The notes under the pieces: model-generated
What the model was told of the DNA's origin: nothing
What the model saw: only the letters and a program-made list of their open reading frames with translations
Database searches by the model: none
Source: Dimorphilus gyrociliatus
Taxonomy: Eukaryota; Animalia; Annelida
Reading direction: 5' to 3'
Length of the DNA stretch: 64,000 nt
Assembly: GCA_904063045.1 (NCBI GenBank)
Contig: CAJFCJ010000012.1
Location: 2,740,335 to 2,804,334 of the forward strand
Part shown: piece after piece, positions 9,725 to 22,900 of the stretch
How the letters are laid out: each line of letters starts with the position of its first letter
Numbering within the stretch: position 1 is the first letter of the stretch
Program-made: the position numbers and the translations under genes

Positions 9725-11043
9725 TTAATTGAGTATGAAATGTTTTGGTTGTTTTGGAATGATTAAACTTTTAAAATTGATTAGCCAACATTCAACATTG
9801 TTTCTCTTTTGTAATTCAACAAAATTTGTTTCATTATTAATTTTAAGCATAGCAAATTGATTATCTTGAATTGAATCAAGAATGACAATTGATTGTTTTC
9901 CAACATGTCCAATTAAACCACTAAATCTGTCACGTGTTGGTAACAAATTACCAAAGGTAACATCCAAATATTTACCCACTAAAGGATTACTATATTTCTT
10001 AATCATCATACTAAGCTTATTGAATCTATCATTTTTTATCATTATGAAAATATTTTCATTTCTTATAAACATTTCCAGCAAGTTATTGCCATTTTTGTAA
10101 TGAAACATATTTTGCCATGACATTTTATTATGATTTTCCAACTCTATGTCATTGGTATTAACAGTGTATAATCCATGTCCTTGATAAATTTTAATTGAAT
10201 GCATGTAATAATCATTCAATAAAACACCAGTTACTTTTGTATCTGTAAATTTATCTTCTAAAATGTAAATTTCATTTCCAGATTCACCAGTGACATCATA
10301 GCATATTTTGAGGGGTTTGTTGGTGTGGGCATCAAAGACAGTTTGAACAAAATGCGGATCACCACTTACACCTTTAAAAATTCCATATATATAAAAAAAT
10401 TATTAAAAATTAGTTAAAAAAGTGTTGACAAACCATTTTCAGCATCAGGTGTTCCCACTGTTACCAGTTTCCAGTCTGATGGACTATTTTTAGTTTCTCC
10501 ATTTCTTGCAAAAATCTTACCACTTTCATACATTAAATATTTGTTATCCCATTCATTTGCCAAAGGTGAAAAATATTCTTCATTTGCACTAGCTGTAACT
10601 TTAAATACTAGACCATCAATAAATGTACCATAGTAGTCTAAAAATGAAAATCAATAAAACAAAAGTTTAAAACATTCTCAAAAAAATTTACCTTTGTAAA
10701 GCATTACATATCTGCTGCCAGTAGTTTCGAGTGAAAAGTTAATATTGCCACCAGCACTTCTTTTTTTTCGACGTTCATTAGTATTGAAATGATATACGAT
10801 GTAACCATTTGGAGCAATAACACCAGGTAGTCGAACATAAGATTCTATATCTGAATTTTGTGGACCGAAAAAGGATCTTAAATGAATTTCATTAACAGAA
10901 AAATCATATGGGTTTATGGGGTCTAGGTTTTTCAATTCAATCCATCCATTATCAATGTCCAATTCATTGATTATGATATTATCTGCACTTTTTACCTGGA
11001 CATAGAGAGTCAACAATATCACAAAGTTGAAGAAAAACTTCAT
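9725..11043 (-). CDS. Secreted protein of about 400 aa: signal peptide + lamin-tail domain (LTD) + ITI heavy-chain C-terminal-like domain; exons 11043-10692, 10637-10434, 10371-9725
   Basis: Two phase-1 GT-AG introns (54 and 62 bp) give an open frame; IIINELDIDNGWIELKN...VGTPDAEN (LTD pattern); VSGDPHFVQ...ICYDVTGESG (ITI_HC_C pattern). Confidence 0.85.
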
Positions 11044-12489
11044 TTTTTTCTGAGCTATGAAATTTTTTTTGAGATTGCATGAATTTATTACAGGTAAGTG
11101 GCCTTACTTAAGGTGGGGACTTTTTTGAAATATATTCAAAAATTGGCCTTTCTTTCTTTAAAAAAATTATACACATCATTCCTAATTAAATCAGCTGAGG
11201 ATTTGAATGAATAATTTACAAAGAATTATTTCATGGTTTGATAAAAAAATTCAATGAATTCTGAAAAAAAAATTAATATTCATAACAAAATATACATATT
11301 CAAAAACATTTTTGAAAGTGCTACTATACAATATATTAATGTGTTTTTGCACTGTAAAAAGATAATAAAATAAAATTATTTCCATGCAAATACTGTCATA
11401 AAATAGTTTTACTTTTGTTGCAATGACATTCACTCAGAGTGGTGTCATTTAATCATAAGGGGTAAAGGGTAAACCACTTAAGATATTTACAATATCCTAG
11501 CATTTAATAGGCATTAACAGATGATTTAACCTCTAGATTAAAGGTGGAAAATTTCTTGCAAAATTATTTTCTTCAATATGTTTTTACATACTCAGTTATT
11601 TGTTAAGTTATAACAGATTTTGTCTAAAAATTTCACATTAGAAAAACTAATCTTTTTCAATTACGATTGATAGAAAATTTTAGCATGCAAAAGTAATAAC
11701 TATTGGTTTCAGGGAATGCGTACGTGCTTGTATTATATCTCTCTCACCTTTTGTGAGGTAAATTTCTATATATATATATATGTATCTAAAAATAGCTTAA
11801 TGAATATTCAAAATGCAACATTCTTCAAACTCGCAATAATTTGAAGAAATCAATGTTTAGATCTTTTATATTGCTAAAATTCACTATAATAAAACCTATC
11901 TGCTCTCTTTCATCAAGGTAATAAAATTTTTGAATAACATATTTTCTGGTATTGAATATTTTTTCATTGACTAAACTATAAATAACTCAAAAAAATTTTG
12001 TCAATGCCCTGGTCAGCTTAGTGAGAAAGTTCACAAATGTGCTGAGACACTTTGTGAATAATATGTAATACAATGTAATTGCTCTGGTCAGCTTAGTAAG
12101 AAGTTCACAAATATTAATTCAATGTATTTAATACAATGTTCTTTGAAAATGTAATTGATAAGAGTATATAAAACATTTCAAATGCTATTCAAACTCACTG
12201 AATTTCTTAGAAATATTATTGATCTTATCTGTTATGGCTCTCAAGGCACTTTTACAAAACTGAAACCTTTTACTAACTTCATTTAACAAAGAATCTTATA
12301 AAAACTCCATTTCAGATGCTTTATTAAAAGTAGTTAAAGTTTTTCCAGCTAGGAACAAACAGACAACTTGGTTTTGCTCATAAACTTCAAGCTTTTTAGG
12401 TTAATGTGAGTAGTAGAAACCTATATCTACAGTAGTTATTCTTTGCTAAGCTATTCTCTATAATATATTTGCAATCATTTTATATAGCT

Positions 12490-12700
12490 TTGGAAATGTA
12501 TTTCCTTTTATACATTACCAAAGGGTCAATGGCTTACAAAGGTGAAATGTGATGATCTCATGATTCATATGTAATAAAAATATGAAAGATTGTTCCATTA
12601 GAGGACACAAGTAAAATATATTGTTCAGATTAAGACCATATGGCCAACATGAAATACTGCAGGCTTGTCTCATGAGTATCAGCTGCTGATGAATGCTTCT
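12490..12700 (-). repeat. Degenerate LTR-B-related fragment
   Basis: aaatgtatttccttttatacatt..caaag and tgtaataaaaatatgaaaga resemble 13220-13330. Confidence 0.5.
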
Positions 12701-12941
12701 ATTCTGACATAAGTTTATTCTTTTTGGGCATTTTTCTTCTCGCTAACATTATAAAATTATGAATTGTATTTAATTATAAATACTATATGTTTTAATGAAA
12801 GTGACCCACATATTAGTGGACCACGGGCTGTAATGCCTCAAAGTATTGCAGTTTCAACTATACTTCATACAATAATCTGTCACTTTTATTTAGTAGTTAC
12901 TGCTTTGGTAATACATGGCATTCTGGGTGTGTTGACATTAC

Positions 12942-13709
12942 TGTACTTTGTTGTATTGTAATTGTAGGAATTTCTGCTTCTTCAGAACAGTATTTGTCCT
13001 TTCCAATCATTTATCAATTTATGAAAGTACTGGTCCAATTAGAACCTTTCAAGTTCGTCCACAAATAGTCTTAACAAATGTAATTTCGGTAGAAATAATT
13101 CAACAAAATACCAGTATTTCGTCCAAAGAATATGTATTGAGTAAATGAGTTTCTAGTTCTAAACAAGTAAGTTTAAACAACCAGTTAACTGTTAAAGAAC
13201 TGAACTGACAAGCTGAGTAAATGCATTTCCTTTTATACATTTTCCAAAGCTTGGGTTCAAGTGGTCAAAGGATTACAAAGTTGAAATCTGACAGTCTCAT
13301 AATTCTCATGTAACAAAAATATGAAAGACTGCATATCACACATATAAAATATAATCCTAAGATTAGGGCCACATGCCAAACATGTGTCACAGCAAACAGG
13401 CCTGTCTCATCAGCATCTGGTGTTTGACCTGCATCTTTTCCATGTTCTTTGTTCCTTTGTTAATTCCCCAAGTAGCCACCATCTGTTACAGTCAAAGAGT
13501 CTATTTCTTACAAAATAGAGTTCTTTCTAAAGTACTAAAAGCTAACTCTACGAAATAAAAGTCTTTCTAAAGTTCCACCACTATAATTCCTACGAAATAT
13601 AAGTATTTCTATAGTTGCACCAGTCTAATTCCTATAAAATAGAAGTCTTTCTAATGTACCCTTATATCTAAAGTCTAAGTATGGATCTATCATTATATAT
13701 AAGTGCACA
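12942..13709 (-). repeat. Solo LTR, family B (768 bp)
   Basis: TGTGCAC...CAAAGTACA termini; similar to 7377-8074; no PBS; no clear TSD. Confidence 0.85.
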
Positions 13710-13989
13710 GGAAATTACATTACTCAGCAAAAATTTTTGACAACATCATTTATAATACTATTGCTATTGTTAATTTCAGTTTTATCATTTGTAAAAGATA
13801 TAGTACAACATTAATCCTTTTTACCAATTTCTTAATACATATTACTGTTTCTTTGTGCCTCTTCCCATAGGATACTCATAGCAAAAGTCCAATTTGTATC
13901 CATATTTTCATTACATCTACTGATATAAGAAAAGACAACTCCTCAATATATATCTATTATTTATTATTTTCAACAGTTCCCCTATTCTT
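13710..13989 (+). pseudogene. Inverted fragment of a paralogue of GPCR gene 1 (TM4-TM5 exons with intron)
   Basis: GNYITQQKFLTTSFIILLLLLISVLSFVKDI versus GNYITGHKFFTTSFIILLPLLISVFPFLKDI; reverse-complement match to about 17295-17580. Confidence 0.85.
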
Positions 13990-14523
13990 TATTGCATATT
14001 ATATAACTTCTATTATAGTAAAGTTTAACACATATTACACTTGTCTGAAAAAATTACTGAAAAAACTGTTGTTTTTCTGAGGCTGGATTCACTGTTTGTG
14101 ATCCACTTTAGAAAGATGAAGCATTCCACCAATACTGTTTACAATTACCACAAAAGAATTACAGCTACAAGTATTTTCATGTTGGTTGTACCTATGCAAA
14201 AACTTGTCTAAAAACATCTGGGTTGTGCTAAATGATTTTTTCAATATTATATTGCTTAAAACTTTAGTGATATATACAGATATTTAAAACTAGTTATGCA
14301 AAAATTTCATTAAATTTTTAATATTGGCTATTAATATTTTGTCTGAAATATATTTTTATTATTTACATATATTTTTGGTTTTGAAAAGGATATTCAAGAT
14401 GAATTTTTCGTTTTCAAAAGAAAACTGGTTTTCCTTAAAGTAATTAAAAAAAGCCAAGTTGTATAAAGGAGAACAGATTTAGAACTTTTCTTCACTTTCT
14501 CCAGTAACTACAATCAAAAGAAA

Positions 14524-14821
14524 ATGAAATATCTTCTTTTTTCTTGCTTGTTGGTAATGTTAACTTATCAAGCATTCTCTCAACCTGCTGTTTCTCAATT
14601 GCGAAACTTTAATGAGAAGGAAAATACCTTAATGCAAGAATTTCTTCTTAAGAAACTATTTGAAAAGGTGTGGCTTTTTTTAAATAAGTTATAACAAAGT
14701 TAATTGTGCATCTTTTTAGAGAACTTTTTATCAGGAGTGTGTGGCTTGCCATGGTGGGTTTGGTACTAATTGCTCAATGAAAAGGTTTAATTGTTCAAGA
14801 TATCATGGAATAGATTTTTAA
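14524..14821 (+). CDS. Small secreted Cys-rich prepropeptide (81 aa); exons 14524-14667 and 14720-14821
   Basis: MKYLLFSCLLVMLTYQAFS signal peptide, acidic/helical pro-region, phase-0 52-bp GT-AG intron creating a K|R site, then TFYQECVACHGGFGTNCSMKRFNCSRYHGIDF*. Confidence 0.7.
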
Positions 14822-14976
14822 AAGAATACAAGTTGCAGCTATTGTACTTTCTTGAGGCACAATTAACAAATTCTGTTAACTTTTTAATTTAATACAATTG
14901 CCTGATGATTAGTTTGCAAAACTGATTAGCTGGTCAGCTATCCTTAAAAAAGCATATTAAAAAATACTGTTTTGAC

Positions 14977-15540
14977 TGTGCACTTCAGTTCGATATAGAT
15001 GCTCTTTTAGAAAACCATAGACTTAATTCAATACTATTTTATATGAATACATAACAATAGCATTGTGTGCTGGGTAAGCACAATTCTATTATACATATAT
15101 GCTGCAATGCAGGTACGCACATCTGTATATAAAATTCTTGCAAACAAATGCAATGAATTTAGCATTAACTATAGAACTACATTAGTCTTACTTTAATCAC
15201 TTAAGAACATTTATTTAGCCACCAGCTAAAGAGTATCAAAAGGTCAAACTCAACTATTGTTGACTTTTGGGCCAGTTCCAATTTCTCACTTTCAATAGTT
15301 GAATTGAATGGTACCAAAATTGTTACATCTTGCAAAAGAAGCTGACCATCTAAATTTATCTGACCTATTTACTTAGGATTAATGAAATCAATTAAAAGTG
15401 GAACCATTTTTAGAACTTTCAATTGTGTTAAAATGTTACTTTGCATTGTTCAAACTTTACAATTGTTAGCTTAGTTTTTTAACCTCTTGCTTAGAGATAA
15501 AAGTTCAGAATATTCAATACATATCTTATTTTGGAAAACT
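14977..15540 (+). repeat. Partial LTR, family C (U5 missing)
   Basis: Starts TGTGCAC; 15220-15540 is the reverse complement of 9110-9480. Confidence 0.75.
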
Positions 15541-16908
15541 TAGAAAATTAAAGTTTAGCAATTGAGAAACAGGAGGTTGAGAGAATGCTTGATAAGTTAA
15601 CATTACCAACAAGCAAGAAAAAAGAAGATATTTCATTTTCTTTTGATTGTAGTTACTGGAGAAAGTGAAGAAAAGTTCTAAATCTGTTCTCCTTTATACA
15701 ACTTGGTTTTTTTTAATTACTTTAAGGAAATCCAGTTTTCTTTTGAAAACGAAAAATTCATCTTGAATATCCTTTTCAAAACCAAAAATATATGTAAATA
15801 ATAAAAATATATTTCAGACAAAATATTAATAGCCAATATTAAAAATTTAAAGAAATTTTTGCATAACTAGTTTTAAATATCTGTATATATCACTAAAGTT
15901 TTAAGCAATATAATATTGAAAAAATCATTTAGCACAACCCAGATGTTTTTAGACAAGTTTTTGCATAGGTACAACCAACATGAAAATACTTGTAGCTGTA
16001 ATTCTTTTGTGGTAATTGTAAACAGTATTGGTGGAATGCTTCATCTTTCTAAAGTGGATCACAAACAGTGAATCCACCCTCAGAAAAAGAACAGTTTTTT
16101 CAGTAATTTTTTCATACAAGTGTAATATGTGTTAAACTTTACTATAATAGAAGTTATATTATATGCAATATATCTATGAAATAGATAATGTACACTTTGT
16201 ATATAACAGCTATTAGCTAAATATATTTAGAAGGAAGCTTCACAGTATATAAATCCCTACTGTTTTGTATCAATCATTGTATCTTAGGCAAGATCATCTG
16301 TAAACAACCTAAACTTGAATCAGCTTTCTACTTGCCAATTTTGAATGCCAATTTTGTAATTTGTCAATTTCAATTTAACTCAATATAGAATGAAAATGTG
16401 ATCATATTTATAAAAGCTTTATTTATTAAAATGGCTTTCTATTTAAAAACTTTTCAATAATTTTTCCAAAAGCTAAAATATCACTCATTTCTGTAACAAA
16501 ATTCTTTTGAATTAACTCATCATAGGATAAAAAATATTTTCTTTTCATTTCACTCCAATGAATTGACTTTTCTGAGAATTTTCCACTCAATGAAAAGTCA
16601 TTCCTATGTAAAAAAATCAGGGATTTAACAATATGAATTGTGCAGGTCAAAAACTGGAAATTTTGAAAAAAGCTATCTTTAAAAGTTAACTTTTCAAATC
16701 TAAGACATTCTTCCATTTTAACCAGATGATTCAGATGAATATTTTTAAAAACATTCATTGCTAAAAGAAAAATAAATATTAACATTTAAAAAAAAGGAAA
16801 AAGGTGACAAAAACTTTTTCTTTGTATATTTTTACAAAAAATTTCTTCTTTTTTAAATCTATAATTATATTTTTGAATTTAAAAAAACAGTTATTTTATT
16901 TTGAAATA

Positions 16909-19900
16909 TCAAAAACAAAAGTAAAGCAACCTTTTATTTTCTTGTTCTAGTTTTCTATGCCTAAGATAGATTTTAAGTTTCATTAACAATATTAAACTTT
17001 GAGTTGTAATAACACGAAAAGGTAAGAAGAATAACATAAATAACACATATCCTTTTGTTATATTCAAATCCATAAAAAATGATAGAAAACCTAAAAGAAT
17101 TTAAAATGATAGGGAAAAGCAGAAATTAGTAAAGTTTTACCCAAAATTGAAGTGGCTACTGAAACTGCTAAATACAAGCAAGTTATAATAAAAATATGAC
17201 AATTTACAGTTTGTCTTTTTAAATTGGATGATATTTTGTTTCCATTCGAAAAGAATACAACTCTAATGCAAAAGAACATTGATATACTGTTCAAGAATAG
17301 GGGAACAGTTGAAAATAATAAATAATAGATATATATCAAGTAGTCATCTTTTCTTATATCAGTAGATGTAATGAAAATATGAAAACAAATTGGACTTTTG
17401 CTATGAGTATCCTATAGTAAGAGGCACAAAAAGAAACAGTAATGTGTATTAAGAAAATGGCAAAAAGTATTAATGTTGTACTATATCTTTTAGGAATGGA
17501 AAAACTGAAATTAACAATGGCAATAGTATTATAAATGATGTTGTGAAAAATTTATGCCCAGTAATGTAATTTCCATTTGAAAAATTTGTCCTATACAAAT
17601 ATAGTTCATAAATTATTGTTAAATGGATAATTGATGAAAAATATATCAAAAATGACATAAATGTTGAAACAACTTTGCAAGAAATGCTGTTTCTCCATAC
17701 TTCATCATACTCAATGTAGAAATCTTTCAATTTTAAATCCATCAGTGGAAAAATGAATATTACACTTACTTTTAAAAAATCATTAATTGTTGATAAAATT
17801 TGAAAATATTTTGAAATTTTAAAATTTTTTAAAATATTAATGATTGAAAATATGTTTATTATTAAGCCAATTATGCAAACAAACCAAATAAGAATTCGAT
17901 TTAAAAGACTAGCCAATAATCTTGAACACTTTAAAAATTTTGATTCTGAAGGTTGACATTCTATAGAATGATTAATTACATCCCAAATTATGCAGCATAA
18001 TTGAAAACTATCGCTTTGAACTAAATTTAAATATTTCAAATTTTTAAATATAGTTTTGTTTTTATATTTTGGTAAATTTGTGTTATTCAATATTAATTTT
18101 GTAAGTTTTGTTAAATGTTGAAGAGAGAGGAAACTAACATCTTTCAATTTGCATTTTGTCATTTGGAGTATTTTTAATTGGGTAAAAAATTTAAAATGAC
18201 TGTCATTTATTGATTGAATTGATGTTGATGACAAATCTAAGTATCTTAAATATTGACATTGAAGTTTGAATAAAAAGTCTACAGATGTTATTGGATTCTT
18301 TGATACTTTTAAATACTGCAACATTCTTAATTGGCCATTAAAAATGCTTTTTGAAACATCATCAGTCAAATCATTTTGTATGAGTGAAAGGGAAATAAGA
18401 TTTGGTAATGTTTCTACTAAATATTCTTTAGTTTTTAAATTTGAACTTTCAATTTTTAAAATTTTGACAAAATTTGAATTTTCCAGGAAATATATTGGTA
18501 TAGGACCAAATATGGCAATACTTTTAAATATTCTTGTATATTTTACATTTCTTCCAAAATATAATTTAGTATCATGAAATTCACATTGCAATTCAAAAAA
18601 TGATAATTGTGTACAATTTATTATTTGGATATATTCCGGTAAATTACAAAAGAATTCGTCAGTTCCAGTTTCACAATCATAATTTTCATCACAAACTTTC
18701 TCTAATGGGAAATATTTTGTCTGATTTTTACATTTGAAATGACCTTTTGGAAAAAATTCATGGCAATAGTCTTCGTCATCACCCAAATGACAGTGTTTAA
18801 CTTTATCACAAACTAGGTCAATAGATATGCAATAATTTTGCCTATGGCATAGATATGATCCTCTTGGGCAGGATTTTATTGAACAAGCGTATAGCTTCTG
18901 AAATAAATTTGTTTTCGGAAGGCGAAATGAATTTACTGTAAAATAACAATCAGATTCCTCATAATCCTGTTTTTTATCAATTATTTCTTCTTTGCATTTG
19001 CAATCACATTTGCCATCATTATTGTAAAATTTTGGTATGCATTGTCTTCTGCAGTCAAATTGATATTTTCTTTCGCAATCTGTAAAATATTTAAAATATT
19101 TAGTAGGCATATATTTTGAAAAGCAGATATTTTACTTTCTTGGTGAGTACGAAATATTGCGTCATGATTATTACATAGTTCGTCACTATTATCTAAACAA
19201 TTCCTTTCGTTGTTGCAAGCTTTGTCCTTGTCAATGCATTGCAGATTGTGACAATAGCTAAATATTGATTTTTTACAAAACTTTTCTAATGGAAAAATGT
19301 ATTTTTCACTTACTTTTCACATTTGTCCCTTTCTATTGTTAATATGTGTTTTTTTTACAAGTCAAGTGATCAGATGGTTCTATAATTTGAACTTACCACA
19401 AAAATTTTCATCAGAACCATCCTGACAGTCCTTTATAAAATCACACACTCGTTTATAGGATATTGCATCATTTTCAGATGATATGCAATGAAAAGTTTGA
19501 TGTTCATATATTAAACAATCTTCCTCATCTTCGCCATGATAACAATCAATCTTTCCATCACATTTGTCAGCTATATTTAGAAAAATGTTACTCTTGTTGC
19601 AAAAGAACACATTTTCTCTGATATCAAGATTAGTATTATTAACTATGATGTTCAAGTTTTCGAAATTTTCACTCATTTCCTCTTCTATTTTTTATTGAAA
19701 AAAAAGGAAAAGGATTATAATGTTCTTCTTTTGTATTAATACAGACTTTGAATTTTTTGACAAATGGTTATTGAATTTTGGGATTCTGTCTTTTTTTTAT
19801 CACTGTCAAATGATGTTTGATCACATTGCATTGATTCAATTATTAGTGATTCTGCAATTCCCAAGTTATTTCTCAGCTGAATCTAAAGCCCTAGAATATA

Positions 19901-22900
19901 GAAAGAAAATCAATAGAACATGAAAAGTACTTACATTGTAATTTTCAATGTCCGAATCCTTCATTTCATATTTAAACTGGAAGAAAAAAAAGGAAGGAAG
20001 AGGGCAATCAAGATGTTGTATTAAACTGTTTTATTTCAATTATTTCAAATTTACCGGAAATGAATATTGGAAGCACAGAGTTCTATCATCAAAGATATTT
20101 TTAAAAGAAGAAAAATATCCTCTTCCATTCAAGTTTTGAATTTTTAATTTTTCCTGAAAATGGTAAACACTTTTTTAGACAAGATTTTATAGTTGAAGTG
20201 GTATGAAAGAAAATGTTATCAAGTTCCATAAAGGTTTCCCTTACATATTTTGGGATGTGCAAAGGTATGTCAACAGTTAGGCCACTGGTTGTAAAGTAGA
20301 GTTGCCTTCCATAAACATTTCTCTTAATCAAATATGTTGAATATAAATTACTGGATGTTGTTCGAGTAAAACTTGAAAATTTTCCAGATGTCAATATATT
20401 TGATAAAAATGATAATATAAAATCTTTCTCTATATTTGGGAAGTCTGATAATGTTGCATTAAATTTATGACAAAATTGAGCCTTTTCATAAACATTTCCA
20501 ACATTGGTATTATTAAAAATATAGTAGCAAACATTGACAATACTAATGACAAATTGTCCTTGACATTCTAAAATTAGCAAATTTAAAGAAGATAGTTAAA
20601 AATTTTTGAAAAACATACCATCTCTCTTTACTGTTGAACATTGGATAAAATACGGATAGAAAAATTTATACAAGTCTACTCTACAAGCGTTTACTTTATT
20701 TGAATATTGATTTTTTGAATATTACCCTTATGACTCACTTCTTGTACAAATTACAATCTGACACTTTTGTTGCATTATCCCTACATTTTATGGTTTTAAA
20801 CAGAAATTGACCTCTCTTTACCAGAAAATATTCTTTTCTTATTGAAAAATCTTCTAGGTTTTTAACAATTGTTCCAGATTGGAAACCAAAAAATGAGCAG
20901 ATTTTATTCAGTGTGAAACTCTCTAAATATTGAAAATTGTACCAATCTCCCCTCCATATCTGACAATAAAAAAAGTTGTTTAATATTAGAATTTTTACTT
21001 TTGTTTTTTTTATGACCAACTTGAAAATTTCCATCAAATATCTTTAGTTCGTGTTGTTGGTTTACTAATAAATTTCTAGATTTTCCAGTAATTCTAACAG
21101 CTAAATTATGCAGAAAGTAATAAATGAACTTGAATATTGTTAAGTAATTTCATCGTACTATGAGATGGAAATGGCTCGCAAGCTGTTCTAATTCTTATAA
21201 CTGAACGAAGAGGACCTTCTTGTAACAAACATGATTGAAATTCCCCTGAATCTGAGCACTTTGTAAAAGCTGGAAGTTGCTGTAAGAAAAATATTATTGT
21301 CAAATTAGTCATCTTTATTGGTTCACCTATAAGAGACGATGACAAATTTAAAGCCTCTTTTTTTAAATAAACCAGTGATAAAAATAATTTTTGTAAATAT
21401 TTACAACAACTCTAGGTTGAAATTTAGTATTAACACCCAAGCATTTAGAATAAATTGGAGTTTTTAAGAATTCTTTACATATTGCTTTACAATAGTAAAT
21501 AATTATTGAAACATTTGCAAACAGAGGTAATGAAATTCCGTATGATTTTGATCTAACGAAATAATTCCCAATGTGTCTTCCATAAAAGGACAATGTTGAT
21601 ATTTCATATTTATTCATTTCTTTGATAGTAACGAAAGACACATCTTTTAAGAATAATTTGATGGGTTATGTCATTTTCCACAAAGTAGTTAAGGAAACTA
21701 AACCTTGTAATTCATTAAATTTGCATATTAATTTATTCAAATAATTGGCATTGGTTATATTTAGAAAAGTAAATTCAAATTTGAAATTAATGACAACTGC
21801 GTAACTTTGTGATAATTTATTCAAATTCACAGTTGAGCTGATTGAATATTCGCTGGTGTTACAAATTTTTAGGTCACTATCATTTGTCTTCAACATATGA
21901 TAGATTGACTTATTTGTTTTCAAATATAATTCATAAGAATTTCCAGCCAACTTTTTGCTAAATACATCTTTTTTTTTTTAAAAGAAAAACACAAACATTT
22001 AAGAGATAAAAATTTAAATTTCAAAGGAACTACTTACAACTTTCCGTCATTTTAAAACACTTTAGTCTTAATAAATGGACATATAATTTTTGTTTTCTTT
22101 TTCTCTCTGTTCCTTTGAAACTTTTTAACAATTTAAAAAATGTAAAAATTACTTTTTAATTAATGTTTGACTATTATTTTCATTACAATTTACAACATTC
22201 TTTTTTCTTATCTTGATCAAGTATTTTGAAAAATGTCAAGGACTTTTTAAGTTTGTACCTAGTTGCACTAGGAAGAGAATGATACGGGTCAAAACCCATT
22301 AATGAACAAAAAGTATTTGTTATATTTTTTGTAAAACTTGTATAATGCACAAATAAACTTGAATTATGTGTATTCGTTTTAAAGGCAATATTTCCCTCAA
22401 TAGATTTTGCCAATTCAACAGTTTCGCTCATAAATAGCTTTCCTTGTGCTAAATCCAAGTAATGGTCTAAGGAATGTTTCAAAATTAGAAGTGAAATGTT
22501 AAAGTAGAAAGAAAATATACTTTTTGGAATTTTTTTCAGGCATTTCATATTGTAAATATCCGGAAGATAGGAATGTTTTCTTCTAAGAAGACAATCAACA
22601 TTTTTTGGATTTTTAGCATTCCTACAATCTTTTAAGTAGGGTGTATATATTTCCTTATTCATCTTTTAGTTTTTTTTTACAAAAGTAATAAACAAAGTTG
22701 AAGTAAATTAGAGAGAAAGAAAACAAAATTTTTAACTTTTCTACAAACCAAAAGTAAATTTGTAGATTCTTTTTTGCATGAAAATTCTTGAACTCTAAGG
22801 TGAAAATAAAAACAAACAGTTTCGCATGCAAATTCAGATGATATATCCCTATGAAACGCAATTGGAAATGTTCCAATTGTCTTTGAGTGAAAGAAGTATC

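Larger units (their letters stand above)
13990..16170. repeat. Long inverted duplication: arms 13990-14613 and 15547-16170
   Basis: Arms of about 620 bp are near-identical reverse complements; no TSD at the outer ends. Confidence 0.92.

Noticed and set aside
14738-14752. CxxCH cytochrome c heme motif in the small peptide
   Set aside because: A secreted 32-aa peptide with no cytochrome fold context; probably coincidental.
13990-16170. Foldback transposon explanation for the long inverted repeat
   Set aside because: No TSD, and the arms contain host gene sequence.
16426-16785. 119-aa ORF downstream of GPCR gene 1
   Set aside because: Non-ATG start and no recognisable motif; could be an exon but is unsupported.
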